From assembly GCA_040389685.1 (NCBI GenBank), contig JAZJZS010000013.1, positions 107-64,106 of the forward strand: a DNA stretch of 64,000 nt, read 5' to 3'. The translations under genes were made by a program, and so were the position numbers. How positions within the stretch are numbered: position 1 is the stretch's first letter; every line of letters begins with the position of its first letter. Of the stretch, positions 19,167 through 28,886 are shown piece by piece. The DNA is from Actinomycetota bacterium (lineage in GTDB: Bacteria > Actinomycetota > Actinomycetes > Actinomycetales > Microbacteriaceae). Under the pieces are notes generated by a model. That model made no database searches. It saw only the letters and a program-made list of their open reading frames with translations, and had not been told where the DNA came from.

Positions 19167-19802
19167 ATGAAATCAGCCGCATACGAACAGGTAGCCCGAC
19201 TCGGGCGCGCCTGTGCCCATCCGCATCGACTCGAGCTGCTCGAGCTGATCGCCCAGGCGGAACAGCCGGTGGACACGCTGGCGCGCATCTCCGGGATGCC
19301 GCTGACGACCGCATCCTCGCACCTGCAGGTGTTGAAGAATGCCGGCCTCGTCCGCACTCGACGACAGGGCACCACGATCTTCTACCGGCTTGCCGGCGAC
19401 GAGGTGGCCGGGCTGGTCGTGGCGCTGACATCGGTTGCCTCGAAAGCGATTCCGGAACTCCGACTCTTGGACGAGGCCGGGAGAGGTCGCGGCGCGGCAC
19501 CGCGGGTGCATAGCGTGAATAAGGACGAAGAGGCCTGTGTGCTGGATGTCCGACCGGACCGCGAATTCCAGGCCGGCCACTATCCTGGTGCGGTTTCGAT
19601 CCCGCTCGATCAGCTGCCGTCGCGCCTCTCCGAACTGCCACTCGACCGCCGCGTCGTCGTCTACTGCCGGGGCGAATTCTGTGACCTGGCGATGGACGCC
19701 GCCCGTCTGCTACGCGATCGGGGAATCGACGCCTACGCGATGGCAGAGGGAGTGCTCGAATGGCGGGCGAGCGGTGCGGTCGTTCTCGACGCGACGGCCT
19801 AA
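19167..19802 (+). CDS. ArsR/SmtB HTH-rhodanese fusion regulator
   Basis: AHPHRLELLELIAQ...TASSHLQVLKNAGLV HTH; LDVRPDREFQAGHYPGAVSIP and VVYCRGEFC rhodanese loop. Confidence 0.88.
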   Translation: MKSAAYEQVARLGRACAHPHRLELLELIAQAEQPVDTLARISGMPLTTASSHLQVLKNAGLVRTRRQGTTIFYRLAGDEVAGLVVALTSVASKAIPELRLLDEAGRGRGAAPRVHSVNKDEEACVLDVRPDREFQAGHYPGAVSIPLDQLPSRLSELPLDRRVVVYCRGEFCDLAMDAARLLRDRGIDAYAMAEGVLEWRASGAVVLDATA

Positions 19803-19806
19803 CAGG

Positions 19807-21189
19807 ATGACTCAGTCACGGGAAGTCCTCGACGCGCTCGTCTTCACCCCAGATCAGAGGGAGAGGATGCAGAGGCGCGTCCTCCGGGTCATTGTCGCCT
19901 CACAGATGCTCGGCGGCATGGGCCTCGCGGCGGGTGTCACGGTCGGGGCGCTGCTGGCGGAACAGCTGCTCGGCAGCGCCAACCTTGCGGGTCTCCCGGC
20001 CACTGTGTTCACGCTTGGGTCAGCGGCCGCCGCGTTTGCGGTAGGAAGGATCTCGCAGACCTTCGGGCGTCGCATCGGCCTCACCGCCGGCTTTCTCACG
20101 GGCGGACTCGGCGCGGCCGGCGTGGTTGTGGCTGCCGTTGCGAACAGCGTGATCATCCTCTTCGTCGCTCTCCTCATCTACGGTGCGGGGAGTGCCACCA
20201 ACCTGCAGGCGCGATACGCTGGCACCGATTTGGCGCACCCGCACCGGCGGGCACGAGCCGTGAGCCTGGCAATGGTGGCAACCACTCTCGGCGCCGTCGC
20301 GGGCCCGAACCTGGTGGCCCCGATGAGGTCGGTGGCGAACGCACTTGGCGTGCCAGCACTCGCCGGCCCGTTTCTCTTGGCAGCGGTGGCGTATCTCGCC
20401 GCCGGGTTCGTCCTGTTGGTCTGGCTGCGGCCGGACCCGCTGTTGCTCGCCCGGGCGGTCAGTGCTAGTGAGGGAGCGGATGCCGGCGACAGCGAGAGAG
20501 CGGATGCCGGTGCCGCTGCCGAGGCGACCGCCACCGCCCGGGACACACCCCGATCCGCCAAGGGGCCGTCGCGCGCAAACCGGGGTATCGCCGTCGGCAC
20601 GACGGTCATGGTCGTGACCCAGGTCGCCATGCTCGCGATCATGACGATGACCCCGGTGCGGTTGAGATCCCAGGGGCAGGGCTTGGCCGAAATCGGACTC
20701 GTGATCGGCATCCACATCGGATTCATGTATATTCCCTCCCTGGTCACCGGAACCCTGGTGGACCGGGTCGGACGAATCCCGATGTCGATAGCCGCCGGAA
20801 TCACTCTCCTCCTTGCGGGGGTCACGGCGGCAACCGCGCCGCCTCAGGGTGTGCTCCAACTGATGATCGCGCTGGCGCTGCTCGGCATCGGCTGGAACTT
20901 CGGAGTGATCGCTGGCACCGCCCTGATCGTCGACGCCACTCCCGAGGCAACCCGCGCCAAGACCCAGGGCACCATCGACGTGCTCATCGCCCTTGCCGGC
21001 GCCACCGGCGGTGCCCTCTCCGGCATCGTGGTGGCAGGAAGCAGTTTCGCCGTGCTTTCTCTCGGCGGCGGCATCCTCTCCCTCCTCCTCATCCCTGCCG
21101 TGATCTGGCTGCGGCTCAGGATGCCAATTAGGATGATCGAATGCCCGCCGGAGACCCCTTCTATATCGCGACCCCCATCTTCTATGTGA
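19807..21189 (+). CDS. MFS transporter
   Basis: 12-TM pattern, GRISQTFGRRIGL and GTLVDRVGR motif A-like loops; stop lies 49 nt inside metG. Confidence 0.85.
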   Translation: MTQSREVLDALVFTPDQRERMQRRVLRVIVASQMLGGMGLAAGVTVGALLAEQLLGSANLAGLPATVFTLGSAAAAFAVGRISQTFGRRIGLTAGFLTGGLGAAGVVVAAVANSVIILFVALLIYGAGSATNLQARYAGTDLAHPHRRARAVSLAMVATTLGAVAGPNLVAPMRSVANALGVPALAGPFLLAAVAYLAAGFVLLVWLRPDPLLLARAVSASEGADAGDSERADAGAAAEATATARDTPRSAKGPSRANRGIAVGTTVMVVTQVAMLAIMTMTPVRLRSQGQGLAEIGLVIGIHIGFMYIPSLVTGTLVDRVGRIPMSIAAGITLLLAGVTAATAPPQGVLQLMIALALLGIGWNFGVIAGTALIVDATPEATRAKTQGTIDVLIALAGATGGALSGIVVAGSSFAVLSLGGGILSLLLIPAVIWLRLRMPIRMIECPPETPSISRPPSSM

Positions 21190-22721
21190 ATGATGTGCCG
21201 CACATCGGCCACGCATACACCGAGGTCGCCGCCGACGTGCTGGCCCGCTGGCACCGCCAGGCTGGGGACGATACCTGGCTGCTCACCGGCACCGATGAAC
21301 ACGGTGAGAAGATCCTGCGCACGGCCGTGGCCAACGACACCACTCCGCAGGAATGGGCCGACAGGCTGGTGACGGATGCCTGGCTCCCGTTGCTGAAGAC
21401 GATCGATGTCGCCAACGACGACTTCATCCGCACCACTGACGAGCGCCACGAACGCGCCGTCTCGATCTTCCTGCAGAAGCTCTATGACGACGGCTTCATC
21501 TATTCGGGCGAATACGAGGGGTACTACTGCGTCGGCTGCGAGGAGTACAAACAGCCCGACGACCTGATGGAGACCGCGGAGGGCGATTACGCGGGCCAGC
21601 TGGTGTGCAAGATCCACGGGCGCCCGGTGGAGATCCTCAAAGAGAAGAATTACTTCTTTCGGATGAGTGACTTTCAGGGCAGGCTGCTCGACCTCTACAC
21701 GTCGCAACCGGACTTCATCCAGCCGGAGAGCGTGCGCAACGAGATCATCTCGTTCGTGAAGCAGGGTCTCCACGACCTCTCCATTTCGCGATCCAGTTTC
21801 GACTGGGGCATCCGGATTCCGTGGGATCACAGCCATGTCGTCTATGTCTGGTTCGATGCGCTGCTCAACTACATCTCCGCGATCGGGTACGGCACCGACT
21901 CCGACACCTTCGAACGGCGCTGGCCGGCAGTGCAACTGGTCGGCAAGGACATCGCCCGTTTCCATGCCGTTATCTGGCCGGCGATGCTGATGGCCGCCGG
22001 GCTCCCGGTGCCGCGCCGGGTGTTCGGCCACGGCTGGTTGCTGGTCGGGGGAGAGAAGATGTCCAAGTCGAAGCTCACCGGAATCGCGCCGTCCGAGATC
22101 ACCGAAACCTTTGGGGCCGACGCGTTCCGGTACTACTTCATGCGCGCCATCGCCTTCGGGCAGGACGGCTCGTTCAGCTGGGAAGATCTATCGTCGCGCT
22201 ACCAGGCGGAGCTCGCCAACGGCTTCGGCAACCTTGCCTCCCGCGTGATCGCGATGGTCACGCGGTACCGCGGCGGAGTCATCCCCACCGAAGTGCAGCT
22301 CTCCGGAACCGACCAGGCCATCTTCGCCACCGCCGTGCGGGTGACGCGGGAAGCGGATGCCGCGATCGAACGTTTCGCCATCCACGAGGCTCTCGCCTCG
22401 ATCTGGACGCTCGTCGATGAACTCAATGGCTACATCACCATCCAGGAGCCGTGGGCACTCTCGAAGGACCCGGCAAACGCCGCGCGACTGGATGCCGTGC
22501 TGTTCACCATCGTGCGCGGTCTCGGTACTCTCGCAGTGCTGCTGGCGCCGGTGATCCCGGATGCCGCTGCGAGGCTCTGGACCGCCATCGGCGGCACCGG
22601 TGCGGTGGCCGACCAGAATGTTCGCTCCGCCTCCGAGTGGGTCGGCGGGCCGTCCGTGTCGCCGCTCGGGTCCTCGCTCTTCCCGCGCATCGAACAGCCG
22701 GAGCCCGCGGTATCCGCGTGA
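21141..22721 (+). CDS. metG: Methionine--tRNA ligase (short form)
   Basis: FYVNDVPHIGHAY (HIGH), GTDEHG, YVWFDALLNY, GKDI, KMSKS. Confidence 0.97.
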   Translation: MPAGDPFYIATPIFYVNDVPHIGHAYTEVAADVLARWHRQAGDDTWLLTGTDEHGEKILRTAVANDTTPQEWADRLVTDAWLPLLKTIDVANDDFIRTTDERHERAVSIFLQKLYDDGFIYSGEYEGYYCVGCEEYKQPDDLMETAEGDYAGQLVCKIHGRPVEILKEKNYFFRMSDFQGRLLDLYTSQPDFIQPESVRNEIISFVKQGLHDLSISRSSFDWGIRIPWDHSHVVYVWFDALLNYISAIGYGTDSDTFERRWPAVQLVGKDIARFHAVIWPAMLMAAGLPVPRRVFGHGWLLVGGEKMSKSKLTGIAPSEITETFGADAFRYYFMRAIAFGQDGSFSWEDLSSRYQAELANGFGNLASRVIAMVTRYRGGVIPTEVQLSGTDQAIFATAVRVTREADAAIERFAIHEALASIWTLVDELNGYITIQEPWALSKDPANAARLDAVLFTIVRGLGTLAVLLAPVIPDAAARLWTAIGGTGAVADQNVRSASEWVGGPSVSPLGSSLFPRIEQPEPAVSA

Positions 22722-22749
22722 GGATAGCCAGACCACGAAGGACGATGCC

Positions 22750-23688
22750 ATGCCGATGGCCGTGAGGTTCAGCCGCTACGGCGGCAGTGAGGTGCTCGAG
22801 CTCGTCGACGTGGAGACCAGGACACCCGGTAGGCGTGAGGTGCAGGTCTCCGTCGTCGCCGCTGCCATCAATCCCGGCGAGATCCCGATCCGGGAGGGTC
22901 GGATGCACGGGGCATTCCCCGCGCACTTCCCGGAGGGTCAGGGCAGCGACTTCGCCGGGATCGTCAGCGCGGTTGGCGAGGGCGTCGACTTCCCGCGAGT
23001 CGGTGACGAGGTCATCGGATTCTCCGACGGGCGCAACGCGCAGGCGGAGTTCGTGACGATCGACGCGAGCCGGGTCATCCGCAAGCCGCATGGCGTGGGG
23101 TGGAACGAGGCCGCGAGTCTCTATGTGGCCGGCACGACGGCGCGTGCCTCAATCGCGGCGGTGGACGTGCGCCCCGGAGACACCGTCGTGGTCGCCGGCG
23201 CGGCGGGAGGCGTCGGTGTCATCGCCACTCAGCTCGCCGTGCTCGCCGGAGCCGCCGTCGTGGCCACGGCAAGCGAGGCGAACCACGCGTTCCTCCGCAG
23301 CCTCGGCGCCATTCCGGTGGCCTACGGGAAGGGCCTCACCGAGCGCGTCCGTCGCATGGTTCCGGACGGAGTGGACGCGTTCATCGACGCGCACGGCGAC
23401 GGAAACGTGCAGGTCGCCGTCGATCTCGGCGTGGCGAAGGACCGAATCAACACGATCGCCGACTTCGCGGCGAAGAAGAGATTCCGCGTGAGGGCCGAGG
23501 GGATGTCGACGGTGGAGCCCCGCGAGACTCTCACCGAACTGGCGCGACTGGTTGCCAACGGCGAACTGAAGGTCCCGGTCTATGCGACCTACCCGCTCGA
23601 CCGGGTGCGGGCGGCCTACGAGCGCCTCGGTGCCGGGCACGGACTCGGCAAGATCGTGCTCGAGGTGCGCCCCGAGCTGTCGCTCTGA
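22750..23688 (+). CDS. NADP-dependent oxidoreductase (MDR/quinone oxidoreductase family)
   Basis: AAINPGE, GSDFAGIV, VAGAAGGVG, GHGLGKIVL. Confidence 0.88.
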   Translation: MPMAVRFSRYGGSEVLELVDVETRTPGRREVQVSVVAAAINPGEIPIREGRMHGAFPAHFPEGQGSDFAGIVSAVGEGVDFPRVGDEVIGFSDGRNAQAEFVTIDASRVIRKPHGVGWNEAASLYVAGTTARASIAAVDVRPGDTVVVAGAAGGVGVIATQLAVLAGAAVVATASEANHAFLRSLGAIPVAYGKGLTERVRRMVPDGVDAFIDAHGDGNVQVAVDLGVAKDRINTIADFAAKKRFRVRAEGMSTVEPRETLTELARLVANGELKVPVYATYPLDRVRAAYERLGAGHGLGKIVLEVRPELSL

Positions 23689-23723
23689 CCGGGCGGTGCC
23701 ACCGGGCCGGGTAGGATTCGGGC

Positions 23724-24641
23724 ATGCCCGACCAGAGCTATCCGCCGCTCCCGCCGGCCCTCACCGTCGGAGTGTACGACAACCACACCCATCTTGATCC
23801 GTTGATCGGCACTGGCGAACGGGCGGAGTTCGCGCTTGACTACCGCGAGCAGCTCGACCGGGCATCGAGCGTCGGCGTGCGCGGGGTGGTGCAGGTGGGC
23901 GGCGACCTCGAGACCTCGCGCTGGTCGGCCGAGATGGCGGCACGGGAGCCGCGGATGCTCGCGGCCGTCGCCATCCACCCCAACGAAGCTCCGCGCTATG
24001 AGGCGGCCGGGCAGCTCGACAGCGCGCTCGCCGAGATCGATGAGCTGGCCGGTCGGCCGCGCGTGCGTGCCATCGGCGAGACCGGCCTCGACTTCTTCCG
24101 CACCGACGAGAGCGGCCATCCTGCGCAGTACCGCTCCCTTGAGGCGCACATCGCCATCGCCAAGAGGCACGATCTCGCGCTGCAGATCCACGACCGGGAC
24201 GCCCACGCCGAGGTGATCTCGACCCTCCGGCGGAACGGAGCGCCAGAGAGAACCGTGTTCCACTGCTTCTCCGGGGATGCCCACATGGCCAGACTCTGCG
24301 CAGACAACGGCTGGTACCTCTCCTTTGCCGGCACTGTCACGTTCAAGAACGCCGGCACCCTGCGGGATGCGCTCGCCGCCATCCCGCGCAGCCAGATCCT
24401 GATCGAGACGGATGCCCCGTTCCTCACGCCCGTGCCCTACCGGGGTCGCCCGAACGCGCCGTACCTGATCCCCACGACGCTGCGGTTCATGGCCGATCAC
24501 CTGTCGACGGATGTCGCACTGCTGGCCGCCCAGATCACCTCGAACACCGAGCTGGTCTATGGCAGCTGGGATGCGGAACCGGTCAGCCAGGACCTCGGCT
24601 CGCCCTACGACACGGCAATCGACTCGTCAGACCTCGCGTGA
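23724..24641 (+). CDS. tatD: TatD family hydrolase/DNase
   Basis: DNHTHL, AIHPNE, IGETGLDF, IHDRDAH, FHCFSG, ETDAPFL. Confidence 0.95.
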   Translation: MPDQSYPPLPPALTVGVYDNHTHLDPLIGTGERAEFALDYREQLDRASSVGVRGVVQVGGDLETSRWSAEMAAREPRMLAAVAIHPNEAPRYEAAGQLDSALAEIDELAGRPRVRAIGETGLDFFRTDESGHPAQYRSLEAHIAIAKRHDLALQIHDRDAHAEVISTLRRNGAPERTVFHCFSGDAHMARLCADNGWYLSFAGTVTFKNAGTLRDALAAIPRSQILIETDAPFLTPVPYRGRPNAPYLIPTTLRFMADHLSTDVALLAAQITSNTELVYGSWDAEPVSQDLGSPYDTAIDSSDLA

Positions 24642-25468
24642 GGTTGCTCGGGCCCGCGGAGATCCGCGACCTCGCCGACCTTCTCGGCATCCACCCGACC
24701 AAGAAGCTGGGCCAGAATTTCGTCATCGACGCCAACACCGTGCGACGCATCGTGAAGGCGGCGGGCATCCTCCCCGGCCAGGTCGTCGTGGAGGTCGGCC
24801 CCGGCCTCGGTTCCCTCACCCTCGGACTGCTCGAGAGGGGGGCATCCGTCGTCGCGGTCGAAATCGACGATCGGCTGGCGGCCCAATTGCCGATCACCGT
24901 CGAACAGTTCCAGCCCGGCGCTCCGCTGACCGTGATCACCCGGGATGCCCTGACGATCACCGAGCTCCCCGCTATCCCGACGAGCCTCGTCGCCAATCTG
25001 CCGTACAACATCTCGGTTCCGGTGCTGCTGCACTTTCTCGAACATTTCGCGAGCCTCCGTTCCGGTCTCGTGATGGTGCAGGCCGAGGTGGGGCAGCGGA
25101 TCGCCGCCGATCCCGGCTCGAAGATCTATGGAAGCCCGAGCATCAAGGCGGCCTGGTATGGAAAGTGGCGCACGGTCGGCCAGGTGAGCCGCCAGGTCTT
25201 CTGGCCGGTACCGAACGTCGACTCGATCCTCGTGCGGTACGACCGCGGCGAGCGACCCGGAACCGAGGAGGAACGCCTCGCAACCTTCGCCCTGGTTGAC
25301 GCCGCGTTCCAGCAGCGGCGCAAAATGCTGCGGCAGTCCCTCTCGGTCGTCCTGGGGGACAGCGTCACGGCATCCGCTCGCCTCGAAGCCGCGGGTGTCG
25401 CGCCGACCGCGCGGGGGGAGGAATTGACGGTTGCCGACTTCCTGGCCGTCGCTCGGGCGGCCGCGTAA
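24638..25468 (+). CDS. rsmA: 16S rRNA m6,2A dimethyltransferase KsgA
   Basis: PTKKLGQNF, EVGPGLGSLT, VANLPYNI, MVQAEV, FQQRRKMLR. Confidence 0.97.
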   Translation: MRLLGPAEIRDLADLLGIHPTKKLGQNFVIDANTVRRIVKAAGILPGQVVVEVGPGLGSLTLGLLERGASVVAVEIDDRLAAQLPITVEQFQPGAPLTVITRDALTITELPAIPTSLVANLPYNISVPVLLHFLEHFASLRSGLVMVQAEVGQRIAADPGSKIYGSPSIKAAWYGKWRTVGQVSRQVFWPVPNVDSILVRYDRGERPGTEEERLATFALVDAAFQQRRKMLRQSLSVVLGDSVTASARLEAAGVAPTARGEELTVADFLAVARAAA

Positions 25469-25501
25469 AGCGCTCTGCCGGGGGTCGGCTAGGTTGGGAA
25501 C

Positions 25502-26437
25502 ATGACCATCGCGGCCGCTCCGAAGGCGGTTCACGCACGGGCACCGGGCAAGATCAACGTGTTCCTCAAGGTCGGCGCTCTGCTCGACGACGGGTATCAC
25601 GACGTCGCCACGGCCTACCAGGCCGTCTCACTGTACGAGGAGGTCCGAGCCTCCGCGGCCGATGATTTCTCGGTGAACTTCACCGGATCCGTCGACACTT
25701 CCTCCCTGGCGACCGACGGCTCGAACCTCGCCATCAGGGCGGCGACACTTCTCGCCCACCGCGCCGGCTATCGCAAGGGCGTGCATCTCGAGATCGAGAA
25801 AAATGTGCCCATCGCCGGCGGAATGGGCGGAGGTTCCGCGGATGCCGCGGCCACCCTGCTCGCCTGTGACAGCCTGTGGGGCACCGATCTCAGCCGCGAA
25901 GAACTGCTCGACCTCGCGACGCAGCTCGGCTCGGACGTGCCCTTCGCCTTCACCGGCGGAACGGCGATCGGTACCGGCCGCGGCGACCAACTGAGTCCCG
26001 CGCTTGCCAAGGGAACCTTCCAGTGGGTGCTCGCCCTTGCCGACTTCGGTCTCAGCACGCCGAGCGTGTACAGCGAACTCGATCGGCATCGCGACCGGCA
26101 CGCCCAGGACATCTTCCCGGCGACGAACCAGCCGCAGGTGGACGCGAACGTGCTGCAGGCGCTCCGCGCGGGAGATCCGCACATGCTCGCCGAAGTGCTG
26201 CACAACGACCTCCAGGCACCCTCCCTGCACCTCGAACCCCAGCTCGGTGCCGTCATCGAACTCGGCGAGGAGAACGGTGCGCTCGCCGGAATGATCTCCG
26301 GTTCCGGTCCGACGGTCGCGTTCCTCGCCGCCGACCTCGATGCCGCTCTCGAGCTTCAGATCGCGTTGAGCGCGGCCAGGCTCAGGGTGGTGCGGGTCGC
26401 CGGTCCGGTGCACGGGGCGCGGCTCATCGGCTCGTAA
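25502..26437 (+). CDS. ispE: 4-(cytidine 5'-diphospho)-2-C-methyl-D-erythritol kinase
   Basis: [39 protein letters not shown]. Confidence 0.96.
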   Translation: MTIAAAPKAVHARAPGKINVFLKVGALLDDGYHDVATAYQAVSLYEEVRASAADDFSVNFTGSVDTSSLATDGSNLAIRAATLLAHRAGYRKGVHLEIEKNVPIAGGMGGGSADAAATLLACDSLWGTDLSREELLDLATQLGSDVPFAFTGGTAIGTGRGDQLSPALAKGTFQWVLALADFGLSTPSVYSELDRHRDRHAQDIFPATNQPQVDANVLQALRAGDPHMLAEVLHNDLQAPSLHLEPQLGAVIELGEENGALAGMISGSGPTVAFLAADLDAALELQIALSAARLRVVRVAGPVHGARLIGS

Positions 26438-26475
26438 GACAGTCCGAGACGGCGGGGTCGACGGCGGCCGCGACA

Positions 26476-26508
26476 AATGGCCCGCTGCGCGAGGCGCAGC
26501 GGGCCATT
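26476..26508. terminator. Hairpin between convergent ispE and lipoprotein gene (likely bidirectional terminator)
   Basis: AATGGCCCGCTGCGC-GAG-GCGCAGCGGGCCATT, 15-bp perfect stem. Confidence 0.75.
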
Positions 26509-26544
26509 GGTCAGGCATTCGACATAGTCGGCCCGTGAGGGAGA

Positions 26545-27219
26545 CTACTTGGCGATCACCGTGATGGTGGCAACACCGACGAGCAGCTGCGACTTCACCG
26601 CATCCGTCTTGAAGGTCTTGTTCAGGAGGCCCGCAGCGTCAGCGGAGATGTGAACCGTGGTGCCGGTGAGGATGGCGTTGTTGCCGTCCGTCTGGAGCGG
26701 CTTGAGGGTTCCGCCGTAGAGGTTGAAGAGCACGACCTGGGTCGCGGCGGAGGTGCCGTTGACCGAGACGTCGCCGTAAAGGAGGGACTTGCCCGGGTCG
26801 ATGGTGAAGTTGGTCAGCTCGACCTTGGTGTCGCCGGCGGTGAGGGAGAAGCCGGATCCCTCGTGCTTGATCGTGCCCTGGACATACGGACGCATCTTCT
26901 TGGCCGGGTCGTAGTAGTCCACGTTTCCGCCGGTGATCGGGAAGTGCAGGCTGCCGTCGGTGAGTGTCGCGGTTCCGACGGTGCCCGGGGTGAGTCCGAG
27001 CGAGGTGAGGGCCGCGGCGAAGCCACCGTCGAGCAGAACGGCGGTGTCGACACCGGTGAGGCTCGGGATGGAGGCGAGGGGCTTCTGCACGGCGGGAGCC
27101 GAAGAGGACTTGGTGCCGGTCGACGATCCGGTGGTGGAGGTGCCCGAGCACGCGGCGAGGCCGGTGATGAGGAGTCCGGCGGTGATGATCCCGACTGTTG
27201 CCTTCTGGAATTTGCGCAT
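26545..27219 (-). CDS. Secreted lipoprotein with Ser/Thr-rich linker and beta-rich (possibly HtaA-like) domain
   Basis: Lipobox LAAC; SGTSTTGSSTGTKSSS; FPITGG..Y...GTIKHEGSG..L..G...VELTNFTID. Confidence 0.8.
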   Translation of the reverse strand: MRKFQKATVGIITAGLLITGLAACSGTSTTGSSTGTKSSSAPAVQKPLASIPSLTGVDTAVLLDGGFAAALTSLGLTPGTVGTATLTDGSLHFPITGGNVDYYDPAKKMRPYVQGTIKHEGSGFSLTAGDTKVELTNFTIDPGKSLLYGDVSVNGTSAATQVVLFNLYGGTLKPLQTDGNNAILTGTTVHISADAAGLLNKTFKTDAVKSQLLVGVATITVIAK

Positions 27220-27274
27220 GGTGTGATCCTTAGGTTTGCGCCTGCCCTTGGTGACAAGCGGTTCTGGATAGTGG

Positions 27275-27301
27275 TTCGGCTCCCCTCGCCAAAGGGTTTG
27301 G
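27275..27301 (-). promoter_or_regulatory. Candidate SigK-like ECF promoter of the lipoprotein gene
   Basis: Minus strand reads CCAAACC-N15-CCGAA, resembling the mycobacterial SigK consensus CCATCC-N15-CCGAA as recalled. Confidence 0.45.
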
Positions 27302-27355
27302 AATTGCTTCGTCCTGTTACCGTTCCGTTATCGTTGCCAGCGAACACCCAGCGAA

Positions 27356-28771
27356 TCAGGCGCGCGGCACCCCGCGCAACAGGGCGATCGGATGCCGCAG
27401 GCGCGCGCGTCCCGCGGGTCCGGTGCGGTGCAGTGCCATCGCCACGATCACGACGATCGCTATCGTGATCGCGATCCGGGAGGCGACCTGGTTCGGGGTG
27501 AGCAGCCGCACGGTGAGGGCCAGGGGCACGGCGAACCACTCCCACCGCCCGCTCAGCGCGATGAACGGCACCAGCAGGAGGGCGTACCAGGGATAGCGGG
27601 GGGAGACGATGAGGAGTGTGGTGCCGATCATGACGAGCTGCCCGAGCCACGGGAATTGCGGATTGGTCTTCCACCACACCAGGACCGCGGTGAGCAGCAG
27701 CACCACCGCGGCGACCGCGAGGGATGCCGTTTTCGGCACGAACAGGGTGAGCAGGGTGAAGCGGCTGCCGTTGTTGTAGCCCTCTTCGGAGAGGTAGCCG
27801 GGCAGGTAGCCGAGCACCGCGATGCCGGTCGTGACCACGTAGGGGATGTAGAGCACGGCGAAGGTGACCATCGCGGCCACGACCAGCTTCCATGGTTGGC
27901 GGCGCAGCAGAGCGGGCGCCGCGATCACCGGGATCAGCTTCACGGCGATCGCGGCACCGAGCGCGATGCCCCCGCGGATTCGGATTCCGCGGGCGACCAG
28001 CAGGGTCGCGACAAGGGCGAGCAGGGCGCCGAGCAGGTCGAGGTGCGAGTTGGTGATCCCCTCGGTCGCGACGATCGGGCTCCACCCCCACAGGGCCGCC
28101 AAGCGTGGGTCCAGGTTGCGTCGGCGGAGCGCCACGATGAGCATCGTCGTGACGGCGAGACTCATCAGCAGGCCGGCGAGTTGCAGGGGCCAGTACTCGG
28201 CCGAGGGCCCGGTGACGAATCGCACCGCGGCGAAGAACATCTCGGCCGCGGCCGGGTAGATGGTCGGCACCTTCGGCCGGTTCAGGGCGGTGCAGAGCGG
28301 TACGCCGCTCGGTACCGATGCGGTCATGGAGGTGCGGGGCTCGACGCACCGGTAGCCGCCGTCCGCCGTCGCAATCGGAGCGGGGAACAACCAGTCGGGA
28401 CGAAGGGCGCCGACCGCATCATCCACGGGCACATAGCGATACGGCGAGATCCCGGCGTTCTGCACGATGCCGTCCCAGGCGTACCGTGCCGAGTCGGTGC
28501 TCGTGTTGGGCGGGCCGGCCATCGCGGCGCCGCCGAGAAGCGCCGAACCGATGAGCACGATCGCGATCGCCGGCCGCCCCGATACCCGCCGGAGGGCGAG
28601 GATCGCCAGGGTGAAAAGCACCCACAGGCCCGCCGTGAACGCGACAAGTGGGACAGGCTCTGCCCGATCGAAGTAGCCGAGCCCGGCGACCGAATAGGCA
28701 GTCGCCCCCGCCAGAGCGCCGAGGGCCAGCGAGGTGAGCACTATCGGCAGTGGAGGCGGCGCGGTTTTCAT
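27356..28771 (-). CDS. GT-C fold polyprenol-P-sugar-dependent glycosyltransferase (GT87/DUF2029-like; MtxT-like)
   Basis: STDSARYAWDGIVQNAGISPYRY, TIYPAAAEMFF, WGWSP, NSHLD, AVKLIP, YPWY; ~11 TM. Confidence 0.85.
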   Translation of the reverse strand: MKTAPPPLPIVLTSLALGALAGATAYSVAGLGYFDRAEPVPLVAFTAGLWVLFTLAILALRRVSGRPAIAIVLIGSALLGGAAMAGPPNTSTDSARYAWDGIVQNAGISPYRYVPVDDAVGALRPDWLFPAPIATADGGYRCVEPRTSMTASVPSGVPLCTALNRPKVPTIYPAAAEMFFAAVRFVTGPSAEYWPLQLAGLLMSLAVTTMLIVALRRRNLDPRLAALWGWSPIVATEGITNSHLDLLGALLALVATLLVARGIRIRGGIALGAAIAVKLIPVIAAPALLRRQPWKLVVAAMVTFAVLYIPYVVTTGIAVLGYLPGYLSEEGYNNGSRFTLLTLFVPKTASLAVAAVVLLLTAVLVWWKTNPQFPWLGQLVMIGTTLLIVSPRYPWYALLLVPFIALSGRWEWFAVPLALTVRLLTPNQVASRIAITIAIVVIVAMALHRTGPAGRARLRHPIALLRGVPRA

Positions 28772-28886
28772 TGCTCCCCATCCTGTCGGACCCTTCTCCG
28801 CCGTCCGACCGGACCGATCGGTGCCGTTCGGGAACCGTAAGATTTTTGCCAGCGTGGTGGGAGCATCCGGATGCTCAACTGTACCC

